A stretch of 64,000 nucleotides of DNA, taken from NCBI GenBank assembly GCA_051362555.1, contig CM120641.1:40182401-40246400 (forward strand). Direction: 5' to 3'. The notes beneath the pieces are model-generated. The model was not told where the DNA came from, ran no database searches, and worked only from the letters and a program-made list of their open reading frames with translations. Below, piece by piece: positions 51,230-64,000 of this stretch (the first letter of the stretch is position 1; every line of letters starts with the position of its first letter). A program made the position numbers and the translations under genes. The stretch comes from Lingula anatina (Eukaryota; Animalia; Brachiopoda).

Positions 51230-52359
51230 TATAATATTCCATTTCTGTAACCTGAAATATTTCCATGCTCATATTAACTGTATTCGATAGAGGAAAACTG
51301 GACTTCTTACAAAATGGAAACTACATGTAAAGTTGTATAGTTTCTAAAGCCTTTGGTAAAGACAAATAAGAACACTAAAATGGTAATAAACAGAAACATT
51401 TTTAGCCTGACCGGTTTCATTTGATCACCAGGGGATTGTTAATTTCGTTGTCATGGAGAATAACAATAACGGGTAACATTATATTCTACAATGAAATTGT
51501 TGATTGTAGGAGCATAGTATTGGATGACAGGAGTAATTGAAGGTTTCGCTGTGTGTCACCAGAAGTCCATTTATTTACAGAGGTTTTCTGAAAGCATCAA
51601 ACAAATTTTCTTTTTGTAATAAGGAATATTTCCGCCAATGCTTGCTTCCAGAAACAAACAGAACCTCGCAACAATTAAACCAATTTATGACATTCTTTCG
51701 CCAAACCATGACTTAACTGCAGCCCAGTCATTGACACATCCATGTAGCAAACAGGCGCTCGTGGCGTTTATTAATTTTATAATACAAATATATTCAAATA
51801 TGTTCAACAGTATTTTAAACTTTCGTCTCTATGTTTATTTTACTTATGTATGTTTTTCTCTGTGTTTTTCCACTGTCTGTCTATCTATCTCTCTATCTAT
51901 CTAATAATCTCTCTATGTATCTTTTTTTTTTTATCTATTTATCTCCCCATGGTCTGTAAAATATTTTCCATCCAGACAGTTTTGACGGTATTAGATATAT
52001 TTGAAATAATATAAGTAAATAATTCCAGGAATTCATTGATCTTTTTGAGAATAAAGTTTGATCTTCTGAAGTGTCGAAGTAAATTTAGAGATATTACCAA
52101 TTATTTGAAGTGAATAGATCCAAACAAGCAACAGAAAGTATGTTGCACAAAATGGAAGTCAATCATTTGATCACGCTTTCTCTCTTTCTATCACACACAC
52201 ACACACACACACGGGCGCACGCGCGGGCGCGTGTATTTATTGTCATCCGTAACTGTAATAGCTTCTTTAAACACCTGGGCAAAGGTATCAATTTGCACAT
52301 GGAGTGATTTCTTTAAATTTCAGAAACCATTTCATAATTCACTTCCAAGTTTCGTCATC

Positions 52360-54236
52360 GGGGCCGTAGCGATAGTCCGAAGGTTCAATAGTCCGAAGGT
52401 TCATTGGTCCGAAGGTTCAATGGTCCGAATGTGCATTGAAGGTTCATTGGTCCGAAGGTTCGATAGTCCGAAGGTTCATTGGTCCGAAGGTTCATTAGTC
52501 CGAAGGTTCGATAGTCCGAAGGTTCGATAGTCCGAATGTAGGCCCGCTGTATAAGTGTATAGTGAATTACATGTACAGGGGCGGATCCAAGATTATTTGA
52601 AGGGGGGTCTGCGGTTGCAAACCCCCACCCCCCTTGGCGTAGGATCTGGGGCCCGCTAAAGGGCCCCGAAAATTGTTGGTGTCTCAAAATGACCACCTAT
52701 TTATCTAGAGACACATCTGTGAATATCTGTAAAAAATCTATCAGTCGCCCTGGTAGAGGTTTTAAAAGTTAGGTCTGCACGGGCAAAAATAACGTCAATA
52801 CTAGCATATTACATTAGTTACAAAAAAAAAAAAAAAAAAAAAAAAAAAACAGATCTTGATGTTTTTCATGGGATTGGAAGTTGACGATATTTAACTGCAA
52901 AGGTTTATTTTGTAAAATCAAATGGAAATTTTCTCACGAGTCACAAGTGTATCTACTTTTTGCAGAGTACGTTTTTCTTCGTTTAAATGAATTTGTTACA
53001 AAGACAGCATTTTTGATGTTGTTCATCAGATTAGAAGTTTAACTGTTTTAGAATATTTCAACATGTTCAAACTGCCTTCTCACTTGTATTTTACGTTTAA
53101 TAAATAAATAAATAAATAAATAAATAAATAGGCCCACCGGGTTGATATGGCGTTGCCACATTTCTATTCAGATTATAAACGTTTCAGCACCTTCAGTATT
53201 GCTGGGGAAGAGGGGGTGGAATTAAATATGTATTACTATTTGTGGATATTTGAGCATATTACTGTATTCTGATACAATTTTTATGTTTAAAGGCCTAGTA
53301 AGGGAAAAGCTTGTTTTCGTAAATGCTCGTAATTTTTGTTTATATGCCAAGTTTACACTCCAGTTAATTCATCCTCATCCCTATGAGTAATACAATACTG
53401 CTGGCGGAACGGCTGTTTTTTTTTTTTTTTTTTTTTTTTTTTGGGGGGGGGGTTAGGGGGGTTGGGGGGGGAGGGTAGGGGAGTGGGCTGTGCGAACAAC
53501 AACATAGTTTGTTTGGAAATGCAATTATTCTATAACTTTTACATAATTTAAGAAATGTGTAGGTTAGAAGAATTTGAATTCTAATCATAGTATCTTAAGA
53601 CATCGTAAGAAAATGTCATTATAGGCGTCCTCTCATTTTATGCGTTCCAATCTTTATTCAATATTTCATGTGAAACATGTATCGTGTTCATGAGTTGGAA
53701 AGGGTAGCCATTGCATATCCCCAAACTTCCCCACATTGTAAAGAGTAGTTCACGGAAACAATACGACCTATATGGATAATTTTCACGTGCGTTTCGGTCG
53801 CACTCAAAACGAAATGATAAAGATTCTAGAAGCTGAGTTCACACGAAAGTTAATCACCCCCTAGCAGCTCCAGGATTGCTAATCTGATTGCATACAGTGA
53901 GAATCCTGGTGGAGTTGGATCAATCTACGTAGAATGATAGTTTCGTTGGGAACGCACCCTTAGATTCCGTTTGTAATTATAATTCTTAAAATCGAAGAAC
54001 ATCTTAAAATGTTTCGGACTATCGAACCTTCGGACTAATGAACCTTCGGACTATCGAACCTTCGGACTATCGAACCTTCGGACTAATGAACCTTCGGACC
54101 AATGGACCTTTAATTTTCGGACTAATGAACCTTCGGACCAATGAACCTTTTTGTTGAAAATCTGATGAAAAATTTACGAATTTTCGGACCAATGAACCTT
54201 CGGACCAATGAACCTTCGGACTATCGAGACGCCCCC
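52360..54236. mobile_element. 1.88-kb non-autonomous foldback/Mutator-like transposon
   Basis: Inverted arms made of 16-bp tandem units (GTCCGAAGGTTCATTG / GTCCGAAGGTTCGATA) at ~52371-52536 and ~54014-54227. Termini are GGGGC...GCCCC, with an 8-bp TSD TCGTCATC at 52352-52359 and 54237-54244. Confidence 0.85.
52576..52690. mobile_element. Fragment of a hAT-type MITE nested in the foldback element
   Basis: Starts CAGGGGCGGATCCAAG followed by G/C runs, a common invertebrate MITE terminus. The partner end is not seen. Confidence 0.4.
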
Positions 54237-56313
54237 TCGTCATCAAGAGGTTTTATAGCACTGTGCATTGATAAACAAACGTGCCTGGTGGAGCAGCGAA
54301 AAAGAACATATGTCCAAGTCCATCCGAGTTCAGCTCTCTTACTGGATAAGTTAGAGGACTGTATACGAGGTGTAAAGTAGTTATCCCATACTATATTATA
54401 TCATATAATATCACGCAGATATATGTATAGGTGTGATACATTTGATACATTGTATCCTTCTGCGCTCTGAAAATTGCTGGGAAATGTCTTTTTATAGTCA
54501 CGTCGGTTTTACTAAGCCTCCTTGGTTTAGACAGGCAAGCGATGTCCTTCAAATGCGTACACACTTTCTTTAAATAATCCAGATCTCTCATCTTAAGCCT
54601 AGCTTTGGTTTTGAAATATCCTTTCATTTCGTCATCACAGGTTCCTGTTCTTGATAAACTACTGGTAGTCCTCTTCTACCGTATTGCGGTTGAGTTTGAC
54701 AGGAGATTGTGTAAGATTTACTGGGAATCCAATTATATTCACACAGCGTAATCATTTATATTACGTAATCACATGTTTAATAAGAGCCTGATCGTGTTAG
54801 GTTTTATCCCTTCACTAAAGTCCTCGTCTTCTCTACATATTTTGTTGTTTTGTTTTTTATCTGACGCTGACACATCAGAAATATTTTCTCTACTCTTACG
54901 GTATACTTTTCCCTTTTGATTAGAGGTACTTCATAAATATTGAAATGGAGTGTCAACTTTAAACTGTTTCACACAGATTTTCAATCTTCACAATATTTTC
55001 TTTCGTTCCTTTTCTTTCTTCTTTCTTTATGTCTTCCCTGTTGATCTGTCTGTCTTTTCGCTTAAGGCATAGCCTACATGTGACCCACTTAGGCTTTTTT
55101 TCTTATTTATTTTTTATTTTCTTCTCAAAGCATCTGTACTTAAAAATCAGACAACAATCCGTGTTCTTTATTTCAAAAACTTACACAGTTTACTGTTACG
55201 ACTTGTATATATTCTCTTCGGATTCTGAAAAATTGATTTTTGTTCTTGTAGATGACTCCTTTAGCTCATAATCAGTCATTTTCATACGTAACAGCCTGAT
55301 TACCTGCGCCGCCTCTCTCATCTGTACAATCTTTTAGAAATGCATTCATATCATTGCTTTTATTTCCTCTTGAAGTCGAAATGAGTCATTGTAAATACCA
55401 AAAACCTATCTGTTTAAATTTACTCTTTAAACAGGTAATGGTACGCTAGAATTGATCGAGCTTTAGGAAGAGAAGCAATTATTATAGAATCGCAGCCCTT
55501 ATAACCTGTAGAAGTTGAGCGGAGCCTAAAGCAGAGGGACTATCAATGCCAACTTCCGTACTGTTACAGGGGAAATTATCAATCACAAAAATTTGCAGAA
55601 ATTATTTTTAGAAAGATGACTACAGACAGCAAAATCTAAGCAAATTGCAAGCTGGGCGATAATAAAAGCTGTGTTTCGTAACATGCAGATAATTGCTTTG
55701 AACGCCACATGTAGGACAATATCCCCACACGTGCAGGAAATCCACCTTTCCTCACAAAACAATTCCATATCCTAACTGCCTCTGTGCCTATATCATTGGA
55801 CACCTGTGAGGTAAAATAATGACCGGTATTTTATTTTTCATTACACTGTTCGTTGATGACAGCGTTATGAGAGCCAGGTTTTATACTCACACCTGGATGA
55901 AGCATACATCCATCAGTGGCACACACAATGCCACTATTATGAACGTAAATTGTCCGAGGTTAAGTCTACTGATTGCAGTCACTGGCTGGAACATCTAATG
56001 TCAACTCTGAAAGCTCTGAGTGCAAATATAAACCAGCTTTTTAGCGCACTTTAGAAAGATCCATATCTCTACTTTTCTGATATTTACTTTAATGATGCCT
56101 CAATACATTTTGTACGGTTTTTTATGTGTTATTGACGCATCACGCAATTTCGTATTTGTCATAGAGAATGTCTCTGTTTATTCAACCCTTTCAATCCATA
56201 TTCTCTTTAAAGACTACATGATTATTTACTCAAGCTCTTCGATTCATGTCTCTTTTAAGTCTTCAGAGGAAATAATCGTAGGCAGGGCTTTACCACTATG
56301 ATATCATGGTTAT

Positions 56314-56390
56314 GTCACGACACCGCCACAAGACAGCTGTCACGTCCCTGCCCCAAGGTGGCCTTCACGACACTGCCACAAGGTGGCAAC
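56314..56390. repeat. 25-bp tandem repeat, 3 diverged copies
   Basis: TCACGACACCGCCACAAG / TCACGTCCCTGCCCCAAGGTGGC / TCACGACACTGCCACAAGGTGGC. Confidence 0.6.
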
Positions 56391-56668
56391 GAAATACGTT
56401 CCGTCGCTTTCATATCATCTAAATGAGCTACAAAAGACTGGCGATGCTTTGGCGATATTAATGCAGATTATGAATTAATAATTCCAATGCTTATTATAAT
56501 AAAGCCATATATATCTAGCAGTACGCGAGTGGTACAATGTGAAACCATATTATAACATTTTGCTATTTTTAGCTGGTTCTCTAGTGTGACTGGTAATTTT
56601 GGACAGTGTGTTGTTTGACGGTATGTTTCACACAATGACGTAAAAAGAGATCTTGGCTGACAACTAAG

Positions 56669-56973
56669 TGCAAATTGTCAAGCTGATTTCAGGTCGCCCT
56701 CTTCATTGACAATGATTCAGTATCTAACTATCACATCATCGTGCACTCTGACTCGACAGAAATGGAAAAGCGAGGTAGTGGTGTGAAGCATTTAAATAGG
56801 CTGTGTATCAGAGTGTTAATTCTACGATGAATGAATAAAAAACCTTCAAGAGGTTGAGCATGCCTCAGGGGGACTATTTTTGTCACAGTAAACACATCAG
56901 CGCCTTCCTTATTTTGAGGCACTGAATCATTGTCAATGAAGAGGGCGACCTGAAATCAACTTGACAATTTACA
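56669..56973. mobile_element. ~305-bp MITE-like element with ~53-bp inverted repeats
   Basis: TGCAAATTGTCAAGCTGATTTCAGGTCGCCCTCTTCATTGACAATGATTCAGT (56669-56721) pairs with 56921-56973 with 2 mismatches. Confidence 0.75.
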
Positions 56974-59900
56974 AGTACGTCCCATAAGAGGCCATTGTGG
57001 TCAGAATTTATTGAAAAAAGGAATCCCCTATTTCAATAGAGCATTTGCCTCTAATACAAAGTGCGATAGGGAGTTATTAACTACGATTACCTTGTATTTC
57101 AATTTTGCTATTGCAACTCTACTGCACACACAGTGAAGGCAAACGAAAGCAAACATGTTGACCAAGTCCTTGGGCCACTCCAAAATATATATTTTGGTTG
57201 GGTTTTACAAATATTACAGTGCTGCATTGTGAATAACCGCTATATAAAAAAACTTATCTGACGTCAAAAAGCGAGTATCATATAAACGGAAGTAAGCATA
57301 AGTTAGAATATATAATCGATTCCTGCATAAATGTTAGAGTAACACTTGACGGCTGTTGATGAATTGTCGATCAGGTTCCCACACCATGCTGTAGTTCGCG
57401 ACCCGATCCTTAAGAGCAATCCAATATCTGTTATCTGTGGAAGGTCAACGCTTACCATTATGTTGTGCCATCATCTACAAAGTTTATCCTGTGATTAAGT
57501 AAAGGTCTTCAAAACTATCTGATTGCCTTGTCTTGATACACCCAAAACAAATGGTGGCAAAAGATAATATGCTATTTAATATGATAACTTACGGACAGTA
57601 CTATTCTACAATTCAATTTTACCGGACTAAGAGTGCTGAAGAGACACGTATTTTATAGCTATCCATAGTATTTAGTTATGACATTATGCATATACTGAGC
57701 GTGAACGTAACTCCTTATCTTTAATTCTTATAAAATTGCGGTTTGTGAAAAGAAGTCATACATACTCGTAATTATAAATATCATAGCACTAATGGATGGT
57801 CAAGAATATTCTTCTTTAAAAAAATCACTTGAGCCGACAACGAATGCTTTGTTAAGGGCGTTCAGCACTCGCCTGTGCGCAAACACTACAGCTGTGATAA
57901 TGTCCATGACGTCAAGACCCAGCACTTGAAATTCAAAACTAGGTCACTAATTAACTACGATCACGTTTGTGGACAAATTTACACGCAGGTGGTATTGATC
58001 AAGATGATGGTAGAGTGTTTGACCGATTTCTCAGAAGTGTCGTGCTTAGCCATATTTTGTGCACAACGTGTACACTTGAAAGAAAATGTGACAGAGTCAT
58101 ATGACAGGAAGATAGTGAAATCTCTAATATTCAAACGCAATAGGCAATTCTCAATTGTAAGAACTGAATTTTCATGCATGTTAACTGAAAGAAACGAAAA
58201 TCATTCTGCAATTAAGGCTAATTCGAATTTTTTATTTCTTTACGTTAGTTTGCAGATAATCTCAAGCTTCTCAAGATTGTTCTGGAAATGTGAAAATATA
58301 TCTAAATATCGAATCACCCACTGCATGCAATGGGGGGGGGGGGGGGGGGGCAAAATGGACTATCGCCAACAAGTAGACACTGTACCAGAAAAATACTGTA
58401 CATTATTATCGGACATTAAACGCCTATGCTAGCAATTACATACCAAAGCTGAAACTTATGGAGAAGTTCGACTACTTTATTATCAAAATTAATTTAGTGG
58501 AAGGATATGGGAGATAATGGTTACATAGACAAAAAAAAGAATTTCCCTATAATTGAGTTATTTTCTCTTCCATACCATCTGAAGAGGCTGCGTAAAGGAG
58601 TGAAGACAAAAATGATTTTGAACACATATTTTGAATTGAGATTAACAGGTTTAAGTCTATGCGATCTAAATGATGGTCACTTCGATTCAACACATGTTCA
58701 AAAACGAAAACGCATACATAAACACTTTTCACATGCGCGTACAATACCGAATTTCTAAATATTTTTTTGCCCCCTTGGGATTCTGTATCCTTTGCTCGGC
58801 ATTTTAATTTCCAGCACCTATAAAAATCTTCTGGTTTGCTTTTTATGGGGTGAACGATACAGACATTAATAATACCACAAAAATGGTAATTTTTAAAATA
58901 CAGAATGAACAAAAATACGATATGGCAGCTTTGAACCGAACGAGTATGTGTTAAACTGCAACGGTGACAGTGACGCCACGGAAAGACGCATTTATCAGAA
59001 TATTATAGGCATTTACAGAACTGAGCTAGTCAACCATAAAAACCAATTACCAGGTTATCGGCGTTCGAATCGTTATTTCACCGTGACAGAAAAGAGTAAC
59101 CGTTTGGAACCAATTACCAACGTTGTCGTCCTGTCAGATCTTGTATCGATTTATACAATATTTCAGTGATGATCTGTGCCAATCCCTTGGCATCAAAACA
59201 ATTGATGTCTCCTCATTAACACAAGCGAAAGCATAAGTAAAGGGCAAGCACAAATGTGGTGTTCGAAACTTGGCAGGTGACGGCTGCTTTTATTGAAAAG
59301 TTCTTCTACTGAAAGAAATGGTGTTGAGTTATTATGTAGTATTGAATAATGTTGAGTAATAAAATCACGTAATGTTATAGCATGAATAATAAATACACAG
59401 GCAAAGAGTGCACACGTTTTCATTTGTGTGTTTGCAAACCCGGTGTAACGTCATATACATACCTCAATTTTTAAGTGCTCCTAACTGAGACAAGTCGTGC
59501 ATAAGAACTCGGTTAAACATGACATGGATTAGCTAATTTATTTCACATAAACAGGAAATTATTCGCGCGTCTTTTCTGCCAATCCATATTGTTGGGGGTG
59601 AGCCACCCACGCGCAGCGTGATAATAAAGTAAGAAGCACCTAATTGGTAAATAGCCTGACATTTGATAACCAAGATATGATTATCTGAAAACCGCTTGGC
59701 TTGATTTCCATTTCATATAGAAACATCAAAGGACAGTGACCTAAACATAACAGATTCTGTCTTATTTTGCGTATGTTTTACCTATAGGTAGTTTTGTAGA
59801 TAGAAATAAAATAAAATGCCTTCTGTCAATTCTTTTATATTGGAGAAACACGTTTTGCTATGTATGTTTATAAATTTTAATATGTTTCTTTGGTGATGCG

Positions 59901-60808
59901 TTTTTTCCAGAACTTGCTTACGATTATTTGTCGAATCCGATTACATATTACTTATCTTCATTGTACCTGGCGCCGTCATCATTGTTAAAGTGGCCCAATC
60001 CCAGTTCTTTACGCTGTCGCAAGCCTGGAGTAACAGAATAAATACATAAATGACATTTCATTTTATTCATCGTGACAATATTGAAGTTATATTCCCCATA
60101 TTACGCTTGCAAACAGTTTTCTTATATGGAAAAAACCCGCTGCAATATAATCAGAATTATACTATATTGGCAATGACATCACACGCATTGAATGAATCAA
60201 GGTATTGATGAACAGCAGTGTGTGTTCATATCATTCAAACATCCCTAACGTTGATGAAACAGTTCTTGCACCAGAAATAATGCACAGCGGGATTTGATAT
60301 GAAAGTTGGAACATGTGAGTTAATTACCCAAGAGGAAATGACAACGATGGACCGCAAGCAACATGCAAAAGAAACACAATACTTGAAAGCAGAAATATTT
60401 TCAAGTCATTCAATAAACTTGCAAAGATCACCATGACTAACCTTCCTGTTAAGATATGGTCAAAGCATTTCAAAGCGCTCAATTGTAACATTTGGCTCTT
60501 CTTTGTAAAACAGGTGTTGGTTTCCTCACACACTATCAGTAAACACGAAATAACAAAACATAAACTTAGTTTTTTTAATATTAATTTTCCAAAAAGGATA
60601 TAGTTATTCAACGTAGAATAGCTATGATTCCAGCACGAACTAACACTCGTTAGCAGTGGCAAATACATCGAAATTCATTGGTAGCAGTCTGATCACAACA
60701 TACAAAAACCATGTCACCGAATCCATGACGCGGTATCGAATACATTTTAAAAATAAAACCAAACTCGAAAATGTGTCACTTCTATCTTACAACATCACTT
60801 AAATTCCA

Positions 60809-61190
60809 CCCAATCAACATGAGATGGTGAAGTTGTCGAATAATACGACAACGAAATAAATTTATGTATGTTGTCGTCGTATATTACACGTATATGTTTA
60901 TTTTCATGTTGCATTGACAACGAGATCTTATGACATTATATCTAACCTGTGACAGAAATCCATTTGAGTAAAAGATATAATTATAACTCAGTTTAGTGGT
61001 CGAAATGTTGTAAATGTCGTCCAGCACTTAAAATATATTTTATAACACGTAATGAATATACCACAGACCATAGGACGTTTTTTATAACGTTACCACAATT
61101 ACGGTAACGTTTATAAAACGAAACGAGCCGAAAATAGAATGATGATGATGATGATGATAGTAACTATATAATAATGTTCTGTTTGCTGGG
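60809..61190. mobile_element. Possible EnSpm/CMC-like non-autonomous element
   Basis: Ends CCCAATCAACA ... TGTTTGCTGGG, with internal short repeats (GTTGTCG/CGACAAC, ATAACGTT). Confidence 0.35.
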
Positions 61191-64000
61191 ATATCACAGA
61201 CCGCAGAAATTATTTCCAGAGGACATTGGCCATTACTTCCTGTCACGTTTTTATGTGTCATTTGTGGCGGCGCCTCACGTGTTGGAGCGAACGTCGAGGA
61301 CGCCCACTTATTTCATCTGATCTTTTCGTGGCCTTTTCCACGCAGTCAGTAACATCACGAGAGAATGGTCAACACATTCTTATGAAAACACATGGGGACT
61401 GTCAGCGGCTAAATAGCCTTTCTGCCAAGGTCTCATGTTGACGGCTTGGTAATCTAGAAGCTTGACACGGAATTAGATTAGATTTCAAATTGGCATGTAA
61501 ATACTTTTTGTGTGGTAGATTTGTTGCTGAGAGTTATTTTTTCTGATTAACATTAATGTTTTTTATGTTTCTTAAAAAAGCTTTCCGCCATAATTCAATG
61601 AAAGTAATATTATACCAGACACTACTCCATAACAGTACCTCCGGCGCATACGACTTTTGACTGGATAGCTTTGGCACCAAACACACCCCCAAAGAATCGT
61701 AACCCAAAAGCGCTATGCCAGATTTTCTAGATTTATGGTCTCATGGGTAATGACCTTCTTCCAGACAGTCACAGCGTTTGTATAGACGATAATCACATTT
61801 TCATGAAGAATGTGCAACTTAGTATTATTTACTTTAAGAAAGTAGGTCTGAATGTAAGGAAAGGTGACCGGATTCACCACTCGTGCGTTGAAATCTAATA
61901 TTTCACAGAGGAAATAAATGCACTTAGCTTCTATTCCAATGTACATTTGCCCCTGGCCAAACTAAAGATACAACATCTTACTGTACTGAGTATCACTCTA
62001 AAATACGTTTAAAATGTTTCTAATATAATTAATTTTTTCCAAACCATTCATTCATTTTCTGCATGTTTCATTATGCAAAATGTCGAAAACATGTTATTTT
62101 ATGTTAAAATTGCCCCCATTCTCGCAATTGTTTTCCTTTTTCGTTAAAATACACTCAGATCACATTAATGTGGAAATTAAAAATGTTTGTACATATAATC
62201 ACTGACATGAACATCAAAACTGCCTGTTTTCAAGAATACGCATCAGCAGATTTTCGACCTCTTTCTTTTAAGGGACTGCTGTCTTGTTCCCTGACAACGA
62301 ATTCCCAGCAGAATTGCCTGCAGCCTCAAGCAGTAGCCTTATGTTAACTACATTCTACAAAGAACCACACGCCAAGCTTCAGGGCGCACCTGCAGCATGC
62401 GCGGTTCCTTGACAGGCTGTGCTGCCGTAGGTGGCGGCCATTCTTTCGTGAATAGTGAACATTAGTCTACTAGATTAGCAACTAAAGTAGAGTATCTCGT
62501 AGAAAATCTCTTTACATTTCTCTCTCTGGGCTTAACTTGCCCGGAATCGATGTCGCACAGACTCGAAGCTTATGTTCAAGGCTATCTAGCATGGATAAGA
62601 TACTAGATTAAAGCTCCTAAATTGTATTTATTTGAGGTAAATTTCTTCGCGTGTTGAAGTTTCTGGGCCTTAAGAGACTAAATCCTCAACCCGTAGAAAA
62701 CAAAGTGTTCGGACAGACGTGTAACAAAAACAGCTGAGAATACCAGTTGCATCTGGTATAAAGACCACGTCCCTAAATTTACAAGTCAATTTGTGGACTA
62801 ACAGAAAAGCCGACATTGTGACTTAGCGTTTTATCTCCATTTCTACACATTCAACGAGACTTGTATGTAGGAAACGAAACATATTGATATTATTTTCCTT
62901 AGAACCGTTCGCCAAAATTACAATTTTGCATGTCAGTTTAATACTTGCCCAAAACTGCATGCTGGTATGCTGAGTACCGTTAGAAGACGAAAAAATGATA
63001 GGGGCATTCAGTACAAAATTTTACATGTAATTGTATAAATAGCCATTATCCACGTACTGAGCTCTCAAATGGTCATAAGGAAAACCCTTACTATAAGGAA
63101 ATCAGATTAGTCTGAAATTTTTTGACGAGGTTTAATTGCGAAAATTACCTCCAAAACAAAATGATAATAAGCCTGTGCACAAATACGCCGCTGATTAATG
63201 AAACTAATTTTAGAAAGATGAACATTAATGACGGTTTATACATCATTATTTTCTTCGGCTTAATAGGTCGGCTTAAGACTACACGTGCGGACTTTTTTGT
63301 ACTGAAGATAAAAAGTTTACGCTTTGCTTTATCAACAAGTTAAGAGGCTGACCAGGGAGCACAATCGAAAGCGTCTTTAAGTTTTACCCTTTTTTGCCGA
63401 AAAAAATAAGCGGGAACTCTTGCAGAAGATAAATAAGTCAATAAGTAAAAGAATATATATTGGACATACAGAATCAGCATGTCTACTAGTATGTTTGCTC
63501 TACATTGAGACAATATGGTTCGTGGGCGTCTGTTTCACTGGAGATGGTCTTTTATTGTACAAGCGTTTGCCCCAAATAACCGCAATTGAACGAACTTGCT
63601 AGAAATTGATCATTTGGATGCAAACTTGGCTAGGAGTAGGCCCTGTGTGTTCTGATCATGCCCGGAATGTTTCATGTTGTTCACTTTTATACAGTTTCTA
63701 TAGTTTACTTTTTAAACATCTGTGAGGCAAAGAAGTGAACTTTCAGTACCCTCTACCAAGCTACAGATTGATTTTCACTTGACATATTCACAGATTTGGT
63801 TTTGGTCAATTCATGACTCAATCCTCTACTGTGTGGCCCTGGTAGTATAGAGGGTTGATATTTAGAGCGATAAGGTTTTGACTGCACTTTCGATACTCTT
63901 TATACTGCAACTCCATTTCATTGCCTGAAAAACAACAAACCAGTAATGTTTTTACCAGACGATTCTTTTTCAATATTTGGTTCCTGAAAGTAACGCATTA

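Noticed and set aside
52371-54227. Regularly spaced 16-bp repeats resembling a CRISPR array
   Set aside because: The units are contiguous with no unique spacers, there are no cas genes, and the context is eukaryotic. They are transposon arms.
54391-54627. 78-aa minus-strand ORF next to the foldback element
   Set aside because: It looks somewhat exon-like, but I recognise no homology and find no consistent flanking splice structure.
57875-58432. Longest unexplained ORF (185 aa)
   Set aside because: It has a non-ATG start, no recognisable domain, a poly-G run and intron-like composition.
63835-63900. tRNA/SINE-like A-box and B-box resemblance
   Set aside because: The boxes are degenerate and no cloverleaf can be drawn.

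Overview
AT-rich, intron-rich animal genomic DNA. It is most likely from a bivalve mollusc such as an oyster, an inference from long (CT)n tracts, TACATGTA motifs and the MITE repertoire. Four host genes were reconstructed by hand from splice sites and frame continuity: (1) the 3' four exons of C1D (+, 2876-4029); (2) a complete TJAP1/BEGAIN-family coiled-coil gene (-, 5866-10684, with probable alternative first exons up to ~14.9 kb); (3) a complete 28-exon GCK-I kinase MAP4K3/MAP4K5 (happyhour-like) gene (+, 15501-39411), head-to-head with the TJAP1-like gene; (4) exon 1 of a THIK-type K2P channel KCNK13/12 (+, 46883-47234), whose first intron runs past the window end. The most unexpected items are a spliced PHD-finger ORF, missed by the ORF track, inside a probable Mutator/foldback-type element antisense to C1D; a 1.9-kb foldback element with tandem-repeat arms and an 8-bp TSD; a GC-AG intron with a competing frameshifting GT donor just after the kinase domain; a minisatellite that multiplies a splice donor; and a CTCF-like motif over a splice acceptor. 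Most ORF-track entries are spurious. I see no CRISPR array or prokaryotic system, and no convincing wholly new system; the findings are testable oddities.
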